A stretch of DNA of 63,774 nt, the filler included, from Collodictyon triciliatum (taxonomy: Eukaryota): the NCBI GenBank assembly GCA_043381765.1. It is 6 parts of 6 records of this genome, joined end to end, with 100 filler letters (N's around TTAATTAATTAA, not from the genome) between each part and the next. Parts side by side here need not be neighbours in the genome. Positions count along the whole stretch, not along the records: positions 47,197 to 58,114 come from JBHJMP010000690.1; positions 58,215 to 63,774 come from JBHJMP010000691.1; 4 more parts are not named here. One strand, given 5' to 3'. A program made the position numbers and the translations under genes. The notes under the pieces were generated by a model. That model made no database searches. It was not told the DNA's origin and was given only the letters and a program-made list of their open reading frames with translations. Positions 50,701 to 63,774 of the stretch are shown here, one piece after another (the first letter of the stretch is position 1; each line of letters begins with the position of its first letter).

Positions 50701-53700
50701 AATGAATAATAGAGCTTGTCTGAATTAAAATATGAACTAAGCATAACAAACTATATTTTCATTTGCGCTCAATAACAGATGGTATCAAGAGTAGCAGAGA
50801 AATCGATTCTTCAATCCAACCTATCTACTGTCAGCAGGAAAAATTTGTCAACCCGCAGGGAATCCTTTTTCCGCCCAGAGCAAGAGGGACATATCAATGA
50901 TCTCACTACATGTTCTCAGGTATATGCGATTATATATTCACTTTTAATAAAAAAAAAAATAAAAATAAAACAATGCAAATAACTTTAACGTTGTGATTGA
51001 TTTCGAACAAAATATTCTTTTCATGCTTTACTTTTTTTTCTTCGTGTTTTCTTCATTCTTTATTCACATTTTCATTTTTCCTTCTTTTCTCAATCAACTT
51101 TGTTCTTCACCAAGGAACTATATGATAATATACAACCTGACCCGTAATTAGCGTTCAAATAGAGTCACTTAAATATTGATTCTTCTATGAAAGAAGTGGC
51201 AACCCGCCTCATTCATTTATTTTCCAGACTAGATTTAAATAATTGTAGAGACCGTTCTAAATATCTGACTTTTATTGTATCTATCAAATATTCCCTTATA
51301 TTACAGGCGATGGAGCTCACTGTATGTCACGAGCAGCCTCCACCCAATAGTGCGTCTGAATCAGAGAAAGATGATGGTAACGATGAACACTTTTCTCCTT
51401 TCTTTTGTTTTAGATTATTATGGCTTAAACGCTGTGAAGAAATCGACCCATTATAGTTCCACTGGACCCCTGATTCAATGTAATGTACAGGTAATGATAG
51501 CATCGAATTGCCTCGGAGAATATCAGTGATTGCTAACAGAACCCAGGTTGAGCTATGGACAAGCATGGAACTAACACAGTGCTATGACATCATCAGCGCC
51601 AGTAAAGCCGAACCTGTATTTGAAGATGCTGAGGATTCGTTCGACAAAAACGCAACAAAATCTAGTGGTGCTGATAGCTCAGCTGAAATAGAACCAAACG
51701 GACCTGTCGTGGACGAAGAAGTTTCTATTCATTCACGTAATCAGCAGGTGGTCGATATCAAGCCACGTTTGTCAACTTGCTCTGGAGGTGGTTTCAGCGT
51801 AGTTAATTCCAGCTTGGACGATTCATATTACTCCAGTCGGTACCGAGGATCCTTCCCTGCTGGCGGAAGAAAGTCTGTTTGCTCCCAAGAAATGGAAGAG
51901 ACAACAATTCATGAAAGTCGTCCGGCGGTGAATAATTCGTACAATGCATATCCTGCTTATGAAAGCGATGCATCAGAGACAAGCTCCTCTCAAGGAAGCA
52001 CTTTGGATGACTCTCAATCTGTTTACATGGAAGAGACAGATGTTCATCGCCAGTACAACCCGAATCCCAGCCTGTTCTCGATTGTGTCAACCTCACAAAA
52101 TGGATCCAGATACTCTGATAATGGTGATCAAATAACAGAGTCTGATACCATGAGTCAGTCGCCCAGATCGACGATTCCGTCGGTACCCTGTGACGATCAA
52201 CCAGAGCTACCTGAGATTCAGTTACCCAGTTTCCCGTCCGTGGAGATCAGTAGATATGAGATCCATAATGAAGAAGATTCTGTTGCCAATGTCGAGACAC
52301 ACTGGGAATCTCAACAACAGAAGAAAGAAAATGCTCTGTTTGTTTTCCATTAATAGTCATTATATTTTTATATGACAAAAAGTGCTTTTTAAAACGGTGA
52401 AACAAAAGAAAATTGTTCATTTTAGAGAGTATGTGAAAAGAATTCTGAACACGCCCTTACACAAAACCGCTGAAATGGACATGGATATCTCAATATAAAT
52501 TACTCATATATTCTACCGTATTTAATAAAGCATCGGGGAAAATGTGGGAGATAATTATTGTACTTATCGCTCCTTTTTCTCCAGGAATCAATTCACATTT
52601 GATGATTTCATTGGATTGGTAGATATATGTTTTCATGACTATGGATTTTCTCGGCGGTCCCACTCAGTTGGATATTTACCTGATGCATCAGAGGTAAATA
52701 ACTCTTCTGATTTGTTTTGGTCATTCCAAAAGAGTTGCCATGAACTTTTGTTTATGTGCATCCTTCTACTTTCTTATCATACATCGACCATTTGTATGTC
52801 AACTGGTCATCACCCAGTAGTTTATATCATGGACCATTCTTTGATTATATTGCAAATCGTGAATGCAATAGCTGAATCACAGTTTATTAATCAATCGGAA
52901 ACCCTTATGGCAGGACATGTCCAAGAAAGAAATATTGGAAGGGCAGCACATTTGGAAGTTTCATCTTGAATTTCTAAAAACGGTACACCTAAACTCATCT
53001 TTGTGAACAATTTATATCTAGGAAAAGCTAACTTATAATTACAACGTATTTGCATTAAATTTGTTCCAGTGCCAACAGTTTTTCGAAGCAAACATAAAAA
53101 AAGCGCAGCAATTGACCACTCAGTTGGAAACATCTGTTTGTGATTAACATAAGAAAATTTTATGGCCCCATTTTTATTATCACTTTTACTTTATCGTATC
53201 ACGCAATTCATATTTCGATTTGCTTTAGGGAAATGCTCACTACCAAATTTACCCGCAGATATCAGAATGTAACCCGGACTTCTTTCAGTCTACTCTAGAG
53301 ACGGATAACCTGGAAAGAACTAAAGTGACATTTCCTATTCATTTTTCTATCGGTAGTAACACAAACCAAAAATTTTTACACACGTTTTTTTTTTAATTGC
53401 AAGGTCTTTTATGAAACGTATTCATATTAATTCGTACAAAAGGAACTGATGAAAGATTTGAAAGATGCTTGTAGAATTGCAGCCAAGTTGACCACCACTA
53501 CTGTATGTGCTTTGATTTGTTACAGAACCAATAAAGTTCTCTATAGTTTCACTTTAAATGATACAAAACTTATCGAATAGAAAAAACGCATGTATTGCTA
53601 GGCTTTTCCTTCTTTTTATTTTAAAAAAGAAACAAACATAGAGACAAACCATTCTATTTTCACAGCTTTGAGAGCAATTTTTGATTATTGTATTCTTTCA

Positions 53701-56700
53701 TAATTTCAAGGTAATATAACCCATGCAACGTTATCTTTCATATATAGAAATTAAATGAATATGAGAGAAATTGCAACGTGAAGCTTATAGAGCAGCAGAA
53801 AATCGTTTCTGTGAGTGAAGTTATATTTGATCACCATTTCATGATACGTTACATGTTTCTTTATCTTATTAAATTGTATAATTGACCAACTGAAAACATT
53901 TTCTGTAAATATCTTTGCCAACGAAGTTTGTATACCTCCAATTTAATTTTTTCTTTTTAGAGCTCTTTGCAATCACTCACTGACTACAAAGGAACATTGC
54001 TCCAACTGAAAGAATCCATCACGAACCAGCGCGACAAGTTTTTGGAGCGATCAAAGTATGGAACTCATGCGAAAATTCAGTTTTTGTTCTTTTCTTGTAT
54101 ATTCCAACTGGTACTGGCTCTTATTTGCTAGTCTTTAAGCTTCAATTTCGATCAGATTCGAGATGAAAACTTTCGCATCCTCGTCGGAGACACTGAAGTC
54201 AATAATGTAAGTGTCTACATGTGATGTTTTTTTTTTCCAATATAAAGTGCTTTTCGAAATGAAGCGATATGTTCAAACTTGACATTTTACAGCGCGTCAA
54301 AGAATGAAATAGGAAGAAAAGTGTCGGGTATTGAAAAAGAACTTATGATATCAAAGGTGAGACAGTAACTATTACCATTCTTTATCCTGGCAACGAAGAA
54401 TGAGTTTTATTTTAATATGGCTCTTTCCAAACTTTAGTATACAAGAATTCTAATTTGAATGAGTATTTCGTAACCAACCTTTTATCTGTGTATCTTTTAC
54501 CATATTTTGTTTATGTTTATGTTTTCTTATTTTTTATTTTACTATCATATCAGGAGCGCATTGGAAAGCTGAAGGCCGAAAAACAAAAAATCTCTAAGGT
54601 CTAATAACTCTTCACGATCTTATAAAGCACAATACTTTAATGTTTATTCCTCTTTTCCCTTTCACCTAATCAGCCAGATCATGGCTGAGTCTAAATTATA
54701 ATGTGTTGTGCTGCTAGTGTCACCACCAAAATCATTAATGATAACGCAGACCTTAATTGCAAAGTATACTCTTCTAATTAGTATAACACTTGAACAGGAG
54801 GAAGCTCCTGCATCTCTGCAGCTTGATGGAGTCATTGATTCATCAGATTATGTTACGCAACAACAAGGTATCAGTCTGTCTTATGTCTGTATAGCCCACA
54901 CCTCAAATGTGTTGGTAAATCTCAAAAAAAAAAATAATTTCTGATACACAAGTATAAAACCATATTTTTGACCTATTAAAAATTACTGAGAAGCCAATTC
55001 TACATTTCTTGTCCGTTTTTTTGTTTTTTGTTTTTTGTTTTTTGTTTTTTGTTTTTTGTTTTTTGTTTTTTGTTTTTTGTTTTTTGTTTTTTGTTTTTTG
55101 TTTTTTGTTTTTTGTTTTTTGTNNNNNNNNNNNNNNNNNNNNNNNNNNNNNNNNNNNNNNNNNNNNNNNNNNNNNNNNNNNNNNNNNNNNNNNNNNNNNN
55201 NNNNNNNNNNNNNNNNNNNNNNTTTGTTTTTTGTTTTTTGTTTTTTGTTTTTTGTTTTTTGTTTTTTGTTTTTTGTTTTTTGTTTTTTGTTTTTGTTTTT
55301 TGTTTTTGTTTTTGTTTTTGTTTTTTGTTTTTGTTATGTTCTGATTACATCTATTACCATCATTTTAGATCATCTAGACGCAATTATGACCATCCTTCCG
55401 TGGCGAATGAGACAGATAAACAAGAATCTCATCAGATTCACATTCATAAATAAAATTATTCTCGACATCCTGTTAGATGGTAATATTTTCGCATATACTC
55501 TTCGTTTGTAAATTTAACCCTTTATCCTTTATTCAGTCATTTATTCTTTTTTTTTTTCCCCCTCTTCAAAGTCTCTCACCTGTCCAATTTATTTAATTTT
55601 TTTGTAATAATCCAATCTATTACATTCCATTCAACCGATAGAGTCAAAGCTTATCTCTACTGCGGATGTGAGCTTTGACGAGTGTGATACTTTTCATCAG
55701 GTAAGGATTATGATGATATCATATTGCATAGTGATCAAACCATCAATTATTTGATTCAAATAATTATTTTATTCTAGTCCTCAACCATTTACGGATTATA
55801 AGAAAAAAAAACTTTCCCCTTCCATTCGCTTCAAACTGCAATATGACATGTCCTACGTCATTTAGAACGTCCTTCTGCATCATTTTGACGGACAAGAAAA
55901 TTTAGAGACCTTCCTAAAAGAATATGTGGGCGCTAGTTTGTATTCACTTCGAACGGTAATTGAGTCAATAAAAACCCTTTAATTTTATTAATAAATCATA
56001 ATCATATTAAAAATGATAATCATAACAATAACAATAATAACATAAATCAATGAAACGTTTAGAGTACCTAAAACTGAGCGTATATATATATATATATATA
56101 TATGAAAAATTTCCTGATTAGCTTTTGTTACCTCACCTTTGTATACTCTTCCTTCGTGACTTTAAAGAAGTCAATACACGCTATTATTAACCTAATTTGT
56201 TATCTCGCCTACTGTACATATTAATATGCGCATGCTTTTTTTCCAAACATCTCAATTGTTTTGCCCCTTCGGCGCAGATTCTACATGAGATATCCTACGC
56301 TGTTTTCTCATCTCAACGCTTCCATGAGCAACTCCAACAACTTCAGATATCTCATGATGTGGAATTCTGGTGCTCTTTAGAGTAAGATTTATGTTTATAT
56401 GAGTTGTTGAGTTTCTATATTTATATTGATTTTACCATGTTCCTCTCATCTTTAGAGTACTAATTACATGCCTACCACCTGCCATATATCATTTTTGCTG
56501 TTCAACAGGAAACCTTGCATTCAACTCTCTGCAAATATATATTCTCTCAGTCGCGGAAGGAAAGTTTCCGTGAATATTGATATTCCCTTGCGTGCGGCAG
56601 ACTCTCGTCTGAAGGTAAAATGCTACAATTTCGGAGATATGGAGAGAAACGAAATCCTTGTCAATACCCTAATTTTATAATGATTTTCTGTTGAGTCATA

Positions 56701-57211
56701 TTCAACAGAACATGAAACATCTATCATTCATTTGTACTTTTCTTTTTTTCGCCAGGTCCCTTTTATGCATTTTTTTTCATCTTACACAATCTTCGATGAT
56801 TTCTCCAGGTTGATGTGTGCGAAGTAATAGGCAAATCACCTATTCAGGAACTGAAAAAACTAGCTTTGAAGAAAATTACGATTGACATAGACTCTGTCTC
56901 CAAGGTCAGTTTTCCGTGTTCATATAGTACAAAGATATGGTCATCTTCGTATCTCCTGTATCAACCTCTTTTCTTTTCTTGTTTGGTTCGTCCCCTTGAA
57001 TCTTATTTGTATCATTCTATACGAAAATGCCTACTTATATGTATGAAAACAACTTGGTGGCATCTACTTTTTGGTAATCCTTGTCTTTCGGGTGCGGAAG
57101 AAACCTCATTTTTGTATTAGAGTACTTCTCCTTTTTGGACTAAAAACACACAATAATAACCATCATCACATACAGGTGTGTGATGAGATGTATCAGTTGC
57201 TGGATAACTAA
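47716..57211 (+). CDS. KNL1: Kinetochore scaffold KNL1/Spc105/Spc7-like protein; more than 20 exons, start not resolved
   Basis: KSSSIL then SRR|ISW (SILK/RVxF-like pair), MDIT at 50418, MELT at 50505, 51310 and 51565, FTFDDFIGLVDICF, NPDFF, a coiled coil and an RWD-like C-terminus. Stop TAA at 57209-57211. Confidence 0.8.
55015..55334. repeat. Intronic (GTTTTTT)n spanning an N gap
   Basis: Heptamer repeat. Confidence 0.95.
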
Positions 57212-57711
57212 CCGAGAGCAAGGAAGCGAGTCTCCAGGATATCGCCTACCGCTACGTCGTCATCTGTCAGATTGATATTTCTTGTCTGCTTGGCTGACGT
57301 CCTCCTTCTTATCTTCCTTTGTCGCCCTCTATGGCCGTGAAGACTTTCATCCTCTGCTCCTCTGTTGTGCATCAGCCAGCTCATCCTGGGGTGGTGCTCT
57401 GACCCCAATAACAAAGAAGAAACAAAAGCGAGGTGCCTTTGTTCCGCTTCTTTCCCTGCCATTCCTCTCTGTATAAAGCTAAGCTTAATGAACAAAGTCG
57501 CCCAGCCTTGGCGAAGAAAGAGTGGCCCGGTCCGCTCGAGTCATTGTGACATTCCCGCTTGCGCTCTGGTGCACAATTCTCGAGTGATATGCAAGCAGAA
57601 CCCTTTCGCCAGGGGCGGATGGAATCTTGTTTTCTGTGTGATTCGGTAGTACCTGTATATGTAATTATTATTGCTATGATTATTGTTGTCATTACTGTCA
57701 TTATTGTCATT

Positions 57712-58114
57712 ATCGTGTTTATCGTGTTTATCGTGTTTATCGTGTTTATTGTGTTTATTGTGTTTATTGTGTTTATTGTGTTTATTGTGTTTATTGTGTT
57801 TATTGTGCTTATTGTGTTTATTGTGTTTATTGGGTTTATTGTGATTATTGTGTTTATTGTGTTTATTGTGTTTATTGTGTTTATTGTGTTTATTGTGTTT
57901 ATTGTGTTTATTGTGTTTATTGTGCTTATTGTGTTTATTGTGTTTATTGTGATTATTGTGCTTATTGTGTTTATTGTGTTTATTGTGTTTATTGTGTTTA
58001 TTGTGTTTATTGTGTTTATTGTGATTATTGTGATTATTGTGATTATTGTGATTATTGTGATTATTGTGATTATTGTGATTATTGTGATTATTGTGATTAT
58101 TGTGATTATTGTGA
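57712..58114. repeat. (ATTGTGTTT)n/(ATTGTGATT)n
   Basis: 9-mer tandem repeat running to the scaffold end. Confidence 0.95.
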
Positions 58115-58214
58115 NNNNNNNNNNNNNNNNNNNNNNNNNNNNNNNNNNNNNNNNNNNNTTAATTAATTAANNNNNNNNNNNNNNNNNNNNNNNNNNNNNN
58201 NNNNNNNNNNNNNN
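58115..58214. other. Artificial scaffold linker
   Basis: Same 100-nt linker. Confidence 0.97.
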
Positions 58215-58351
58215 AAAAAAAAAAAAAAATATAAAAATAATAAATTTATATAAATATTTCCTTTATATCTCTTTTTTTTTTTTTTTTTTTTTAGTGGGTG
58301 AGACTTTTCTCATGTTCTCTCTGTGGACGATAGAATGCTCGGCGGAACCAT

Positions 58352-59964
58352 TCAGTTGATCGACACAATCGGGAGATTTTTGTGGTGGTTGAATGAGTAG
58401 TTCAGCTTCGTGATTTCCCCAACCTCGGGACTCAGGATTTGACCCAGGCTCAGACGAAGTGCGGCTTCAGACTAACAAGAGGTATGGTTTGATTTAGCTC
58501 CTTATCTTTTCATGCGTGCATATTTTTTTATTTTACTTTTGGGGATAAACTGATAAAGTGTGGTGAACGCAACCGCGTGAGGCATAAACGGAGTACCATT
58601 ACAACAGGAAGAGAAAAAGAAAGCAATGTGCTTATTTTTAAAATTCACTTACTTTTCGGGCCAGAAGGATTTCAGCACTCAACTCAGGAAGTAGATTGGC
58701 CGTCTTTGCAACTCTCTCAAATGATTCTTTTGCTCGAACCAAGGACTGGTATGCTTGAAAATAAGACTGGATGGGCTAAAGCAGGAGTGGCCTTTCTCAA
58801 TATTCGACATAAAATATATAATAAGGTAAAATCTTGCAAGATAGTTTTCTTCACACTTAAAATGTGGACATAGACGGTATGCCTAGTAAAATAAGCCACT
58901 CACGGATACCAAAGTGTAGTCCAAGAATTTCATAAATGAGTCGAATCCAACAGGCATCGGAAAACGAAAATCATCAAAGGGCGCGACGCGATGGTCGAAA
59001 ACGTTTTCCAATGAACCGTGCGGGAGAGATGGCTTCTGTCCTTTGAAACGTGGGTCAACAAGCACACCATGAACAATCTGAAATGAGATGAAAGGGTAGA
59101 AAATGGCGTGATATTTAGATATTACAAAAAATTATATCTACACAATTTTATCCAGTTACATTCTTCATATACATTGCACATGTTTTTCGTGCGTTGGGTT
59201 GTATATTATCGCATAGTAGATATGGCTATAAGCCTACATGAACAAAAGCTTGGTAATATAGTTCGAGCCCTTCTTCGAAGTGTGTGGCAACGTATATGCT
59301 TTGCGGGACATCTAAACCTTTCTCTTTCTTTTTCATCTCTATATTTTCCAATTTCGAAGGATTATATTTTCTGTTTTGAGACCATGATGCATGTATTTAT
59401 ATATCATTTCCTAAATAAAGTTGATTGGGATATTCAAGTTCATATATCAATGCATCAAGAATAGGGGTGCAATCCAAGTATTACATATGACTCACGTGGA
59501 TTATTTCTTAATCCAGCATTCAGACCAGGATATGATAAGACTTTAATATGAACCGTCGATCGAAAAACAACGCTCATCCACCAGGAAAGAATGGACATTT
59601 CGGCAGGATGATAAAGTTCCAAACAGAAGCCAAGAGAGACGACATTTTTTGTTATAAAGGATTCAAAATGTGCCATCCAGATTGAGAATGGCTGGGAGCA
59701 CCAAAATACAAAACAGAAATGTTAAGGATTTTTTCTTTTAGGGACAACATATGTATGTGAAAAAAAAAAAAAGAATGTTCGATTGTCTTCGAAAGGAAAA
59801 GTGAAGAGATAAAGGTAAATAATTTCATTGAGTATTGATTTATCAAAAACACTACCTCTTTGAAACTTGGGTGAACTTCAGTTAATGCTTCATCAATTTT
59901 TGCAGCCTGTTTTAATGGACATGTCAATAAAATTTCTAAACAGAGCCAAATTGTGAGATATGAA

Positions 59965-60038
<74 letters not shown>

Positions 60039-60158
60039 NNNNNNNNNNNNNNNNNNNNNNNNNNNNNNNNNNNNNNNNNNNNNNNNNNNNNNNNNNNNNN
60101 NNNNNNNNNNNNNNNNNNNNNNNNNNNNNNNNNNNNNNAATATTAAAAAAAAAAAAAA

Positions 60159-60202
<44 letters not shown>

Positions 60203-63138
60203 AGGAAAGGCTCACAATAAATTAAAATGAAATAGTGTTTGAATGAAAACTCCTTCCATGGAAAAAAAAAAACCAAAGCATATCTCATAGATTTCAATCA
60301 TAATTGCGATGAATTGAATATAAATCATATATTTGTTTATATATGAAGAATATATCAAAACCTGCTCTTGAATGGCGACCCAATCTGGAACAATATCCAA
60401 AAACTTGCGTCTTTGACGACCTCGGTTATGGCACAAGATCCGGAACAGATTAATGACGGCCTGTGAATGGTTTGAGAAATATTGTATTTTTTTTGTCTCC
60501 ATATTGTTTTCTCTACATGAATAAAGGCAACAAACACCATAGCACATGTGAAATCATTCAGGGTACAAAATATGAAGACTACGAACCGGAGAAGCAGTCT
60601 CGATGAATTCCTTTGCACTTGCATGCTCCAGCTTTTCCTTTGCATATCCTTTTTGTATCATATCATTCATGATGAGATTACCGATGGGGACGTTACCAAG
60701 TACAGTTTTTGCTCGGCTATCAGACGACCACAAAAGCTAAAATAATATTGTAAGAAAAAAAACTGGCATCGAATGGAAGACACAAAAATTAACTAAAATT
60801 AAAGTTCTTGAGATGCTTGAATAGAATAACAGTGTGAAATAGTAGGTTAAATAGGTATAATCTCATAGGAAATCGAGTTGGGTAAACAAACCGAGGCCCT
60901 GGAACGGGATATTATATCCGAGAAGTGAGAAATACTGTATTCAAAGAATAATTTGATATCGTCCAAATTAGAGAGTGTCAATAGATTCAAGGAACGCTCC
61001 AAGTTTTGCAGCATTTTATCAAATAAGCTCATCGCCTGATGCAACGAAACCAAAGTCAATCATACATCACTCAAGGAACAAATTTTGTTCATAGATACGT
61101 ATGCAACTTTGAGGTATTTAAAGAATGGTCTTCGGATATTTGGATGAAAAAAAAAAAAAAAGAAGAGTCAATTACCGAAGTGAATGAAATCTGTCGGACT
61201 TCTTTCAATGGATTTGGTCCCAATAGACGGAAATTAATCTTCTTGTCAATAATTCCTTCTGGGATCACGGCAGTTGAGTGAGTTTGACGAATAATTGGAA
61301 TCTGTCAATAAAATATTAGAATTTTTCTATAAAAAAAAATTGTGTCCCAGATAAATTACCTGAGTTTGGGCGAACGATATTGATTTTTTGACCAGTTCAG
61401 CCTTAAACCCCTCTTTCTTGTCAAAGTGTAAATGCAAACTGAATAAAGCCTATGAAGGGATTGTAACCCCATAACTAAATGTATTAAAATCAAGTGAAGA
61501 GGTTCTTGTGATTTTTTTTATTGTTTTTTGTTATAAGTGCTATTAATATCTTTATTGTTTTGCCATATATAATTATTACCCGACGAAGCCTTAGTCGGGC
61601 CAAGAGCGCCTCCTTGTGATTTATTTCTCCTTGAATTTCCTCGGCGTTCTGGTCAGGTTCTGTAATTTGAGAACAATTCATTAGATATTCCGATAATAAT
61701 GAAGCACATTGTTATCACGACGGAATTCTAGAATATTGTGATGAGAAATGATACCAGCTTTCAGTTTCTTCAAATTCCTAATGTTAGCAATTTCCTGGAA
61801 GAGAATTTTATTATAAATAATTGCTCATTGGTATTTGTTTTATTGCTTTTAAAATATGAAGTTGATGTCACTTATTATATAGTTAACGTTCATGAATTCG
61901 TATTGAATAATATGAAAGGCACTTCATCCTCAAGTCCATTCATTGCAACAGAAATTTCAGACATTTTGATTTCTCCAAATCCAAACCCAAAATTATGTCC
62001 GATAAAATCTTCATCCTTTATTCAACAGGAAAAAGACAAAAAAAAAAAAAAAAAGGATTACTAATGAGCGAGAGAATTAAATATTATGTTGACTTAGTTA
62101 ATAGAACAATAAGTGCGCATCAAAGGATAAACTCTTGGAGTATCGTATGCTTCAAGGACGTATTTCAAACCTCGAAAACTTGTGCATTTCCGACCAAAGT
62201 TCGAACTTGTTCGCATGATTTGAGCAACCCCTCGCAAAAGACACGAAGGAACTTGTTTGGAATGACCGATGGTCGATGCATATAGAGACATGTGAATATT
62301 GTCTGCACGATAGGAAGTCCGTCATACCAAGCCATCTAAAGAGATACGGTTATATTAAAATTAGGTGGTTCTGAAGAGCGCAAGAGAATGACTGCATACA
62401 GTATAGACAAACCTCAAGGCATAGGAGCTCATCTATCACTGCTATCAATTCATCTCTACCAAGATCGAATGGAATCAACCCACGGCTCAGGCGCTCGTCA
62501 AACGGAAGGTTCTGGCTCGATCCAACCCCAGCATCCATTTTTGGATCCATCATCTGCACAGTATTTATAAAAGAATTGCAAAATAAAGTTGGAAGGAATT
62601 ATAAATGATGCAAATAATACCTTCACACATACAAAAAAAAGTGTGAAAAAATGCTTCGTGAAATGAAAACCTCGATGGACAACAAAGCATCATTAATTCG
62701 GAAGCCGGGTCGATGAATCAGCTGGCCAAGTTTGATATCTAGTAGATAAGAGAAGGTAATATATATATATGTTAACCATTAATATGATTAGAAAGTGATG
62801 ACTAAAAATGAAGGTGATATATATAATTTGGGCTGATAAGGAAATAAACATAGGATCAAAGAAGGTATAGATGAAAACCTTCACTGGCTTTCTCTAGATC
62901 ACTTTTGATATCTCGAAGTTTCTGAGCTATTAAAGTGCAGTAAATGAATAAGAGGCGAACTTCGAAACTCGTTACTTTACCACAAAAAATAGCCCAAAAG
63001 GGCAGAGACGGATCGCGCTTCAGTGGAATGGATAGAAAAAAAAGAAAAAAAAAAGAAAGGGGGGAGAATATACAAACAGTGTAGGGAGAGCTGCCCAAGC
63101 TGGCTTTCAACAGATGAAGATTGTGCTCTGGAGTCCAT
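58352..63138 (-). CDS. NAA35: NatC auxiliary subunit NAA35/Mak10
   Basis: LGQLIH...SIEMMDPKMDAG, LLCLEMAWYDGLPIVQTIFTCLYMH, FEDEDF, CHNRGRQRRK, LGFCLELYHPAE, FDHRVAPF. ATG at 63138, TGA at 58354-58352. Confidence 0.92.
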
Positions 63139-63360
63139 TTTATTTCGCTGTTGTACGATTCACGTCGTTGTTGTTATGCCTTATTCTTCATTGTTTTGTC
63201 TTTTTTGTCTTTCATTTTATTCTGTATTGAGTTTACTTTCCATTTCTTTTTCCTTTTCTTTTCTATTATTTTTGTTTTCTTTTTGTTACTTTTGTTCCCT
63301 TTGTTACTTTTGTTTCTTTGCTTTTTCTTTTCTTTTCTCTTTTGCTTTTTTCTGTTTCTG

Positions 63361-63452
63361 TTTCTTTTTCTTTTTCTTTTTCTTTTTCTTTTTCTTTTTC
63401 TTTTTCTTTTTCTTTTTCTTTTTCTTTTTCTTTTTCTTTTTCTTTTTCTTTT
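63361..63452. repeat. (TTTTTC)n
   Basis: Hexanucleotide repeat. Confidence 0.9.
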
Positions 63453-63774
63453 GGTTTTCGCTTTTCTCTTTCTCTTTTGTCTTTTTCTTTTTCTTTTGGT
63501 TTTGGTTTTGTGAATGCGGAATCAGCCCAGACAAGCAGAGATCTGGCGCTATCGCAAACTTTTCATGGAATTGGCAGCCTTCGCACATATGTGGAGATGC
63601 ATTCTAGAATGGTATTCGGTAACTAAGGGTTGAACTGAACAGGCGACATTGCGAATTCGCCGTATCTATCCCTGGAATTGTAAGGAGATATCGCGCTTTG
63701 ATATATGCTCATGCATCTTCGTACTTGCTTTTATGCTCTTTTGGAGCTGACCAGGACAACAACAACAACAAAAA

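Noticed and set aside
52427-52497. Possible extra KNL1 exon ending at an AT donor (ATATCTC)
   Set aside because: Direct GT-AG splicing from ...NAL to NQFTF keeps the frame without it.

Overview
Eukaryotic, AT-rich, very intron-dense genomic DNA from an organism that probably has flagella or basal bodies (species not identifiable from this window). The window is six unrelated scaffold pieces joined by artificial 100-nt linkers (N44-TTAATTAATTAA-N44), so adjacency across linkers has no biological meaning. Splicing by hand gives about ten multi-exon genes in the standard genetic code: a CLU-domain/WD40 fusion, a KAT8/MOF MYST acetyltransferase, an axonemal dynein light chain domain/EF-hand protein, a large IQ + Sfi1-like protein, an OGFr-domain protein, an MFS transporter, an ERG8-type phosphomevalonate kinase, a putatively myristoylated LRR protein, a divergent KNL1/Spc105 and NAA35/Mak10. 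There is also a fragment of a class I DAHP synthase. Most long ORFs in the supplied track are microsatellite artefacts. The strongest signal is in the splicing. Major-intron donors are highly degenerate, yet at least three of roughly 170 hand-traced introns carry minor-spliceosome (U12) signatures, including one AT-AC intron, and several more are degenerate candidates. This suggests a U12-enriched genome. All gene models are manual and unverified by transcripts or database searches.
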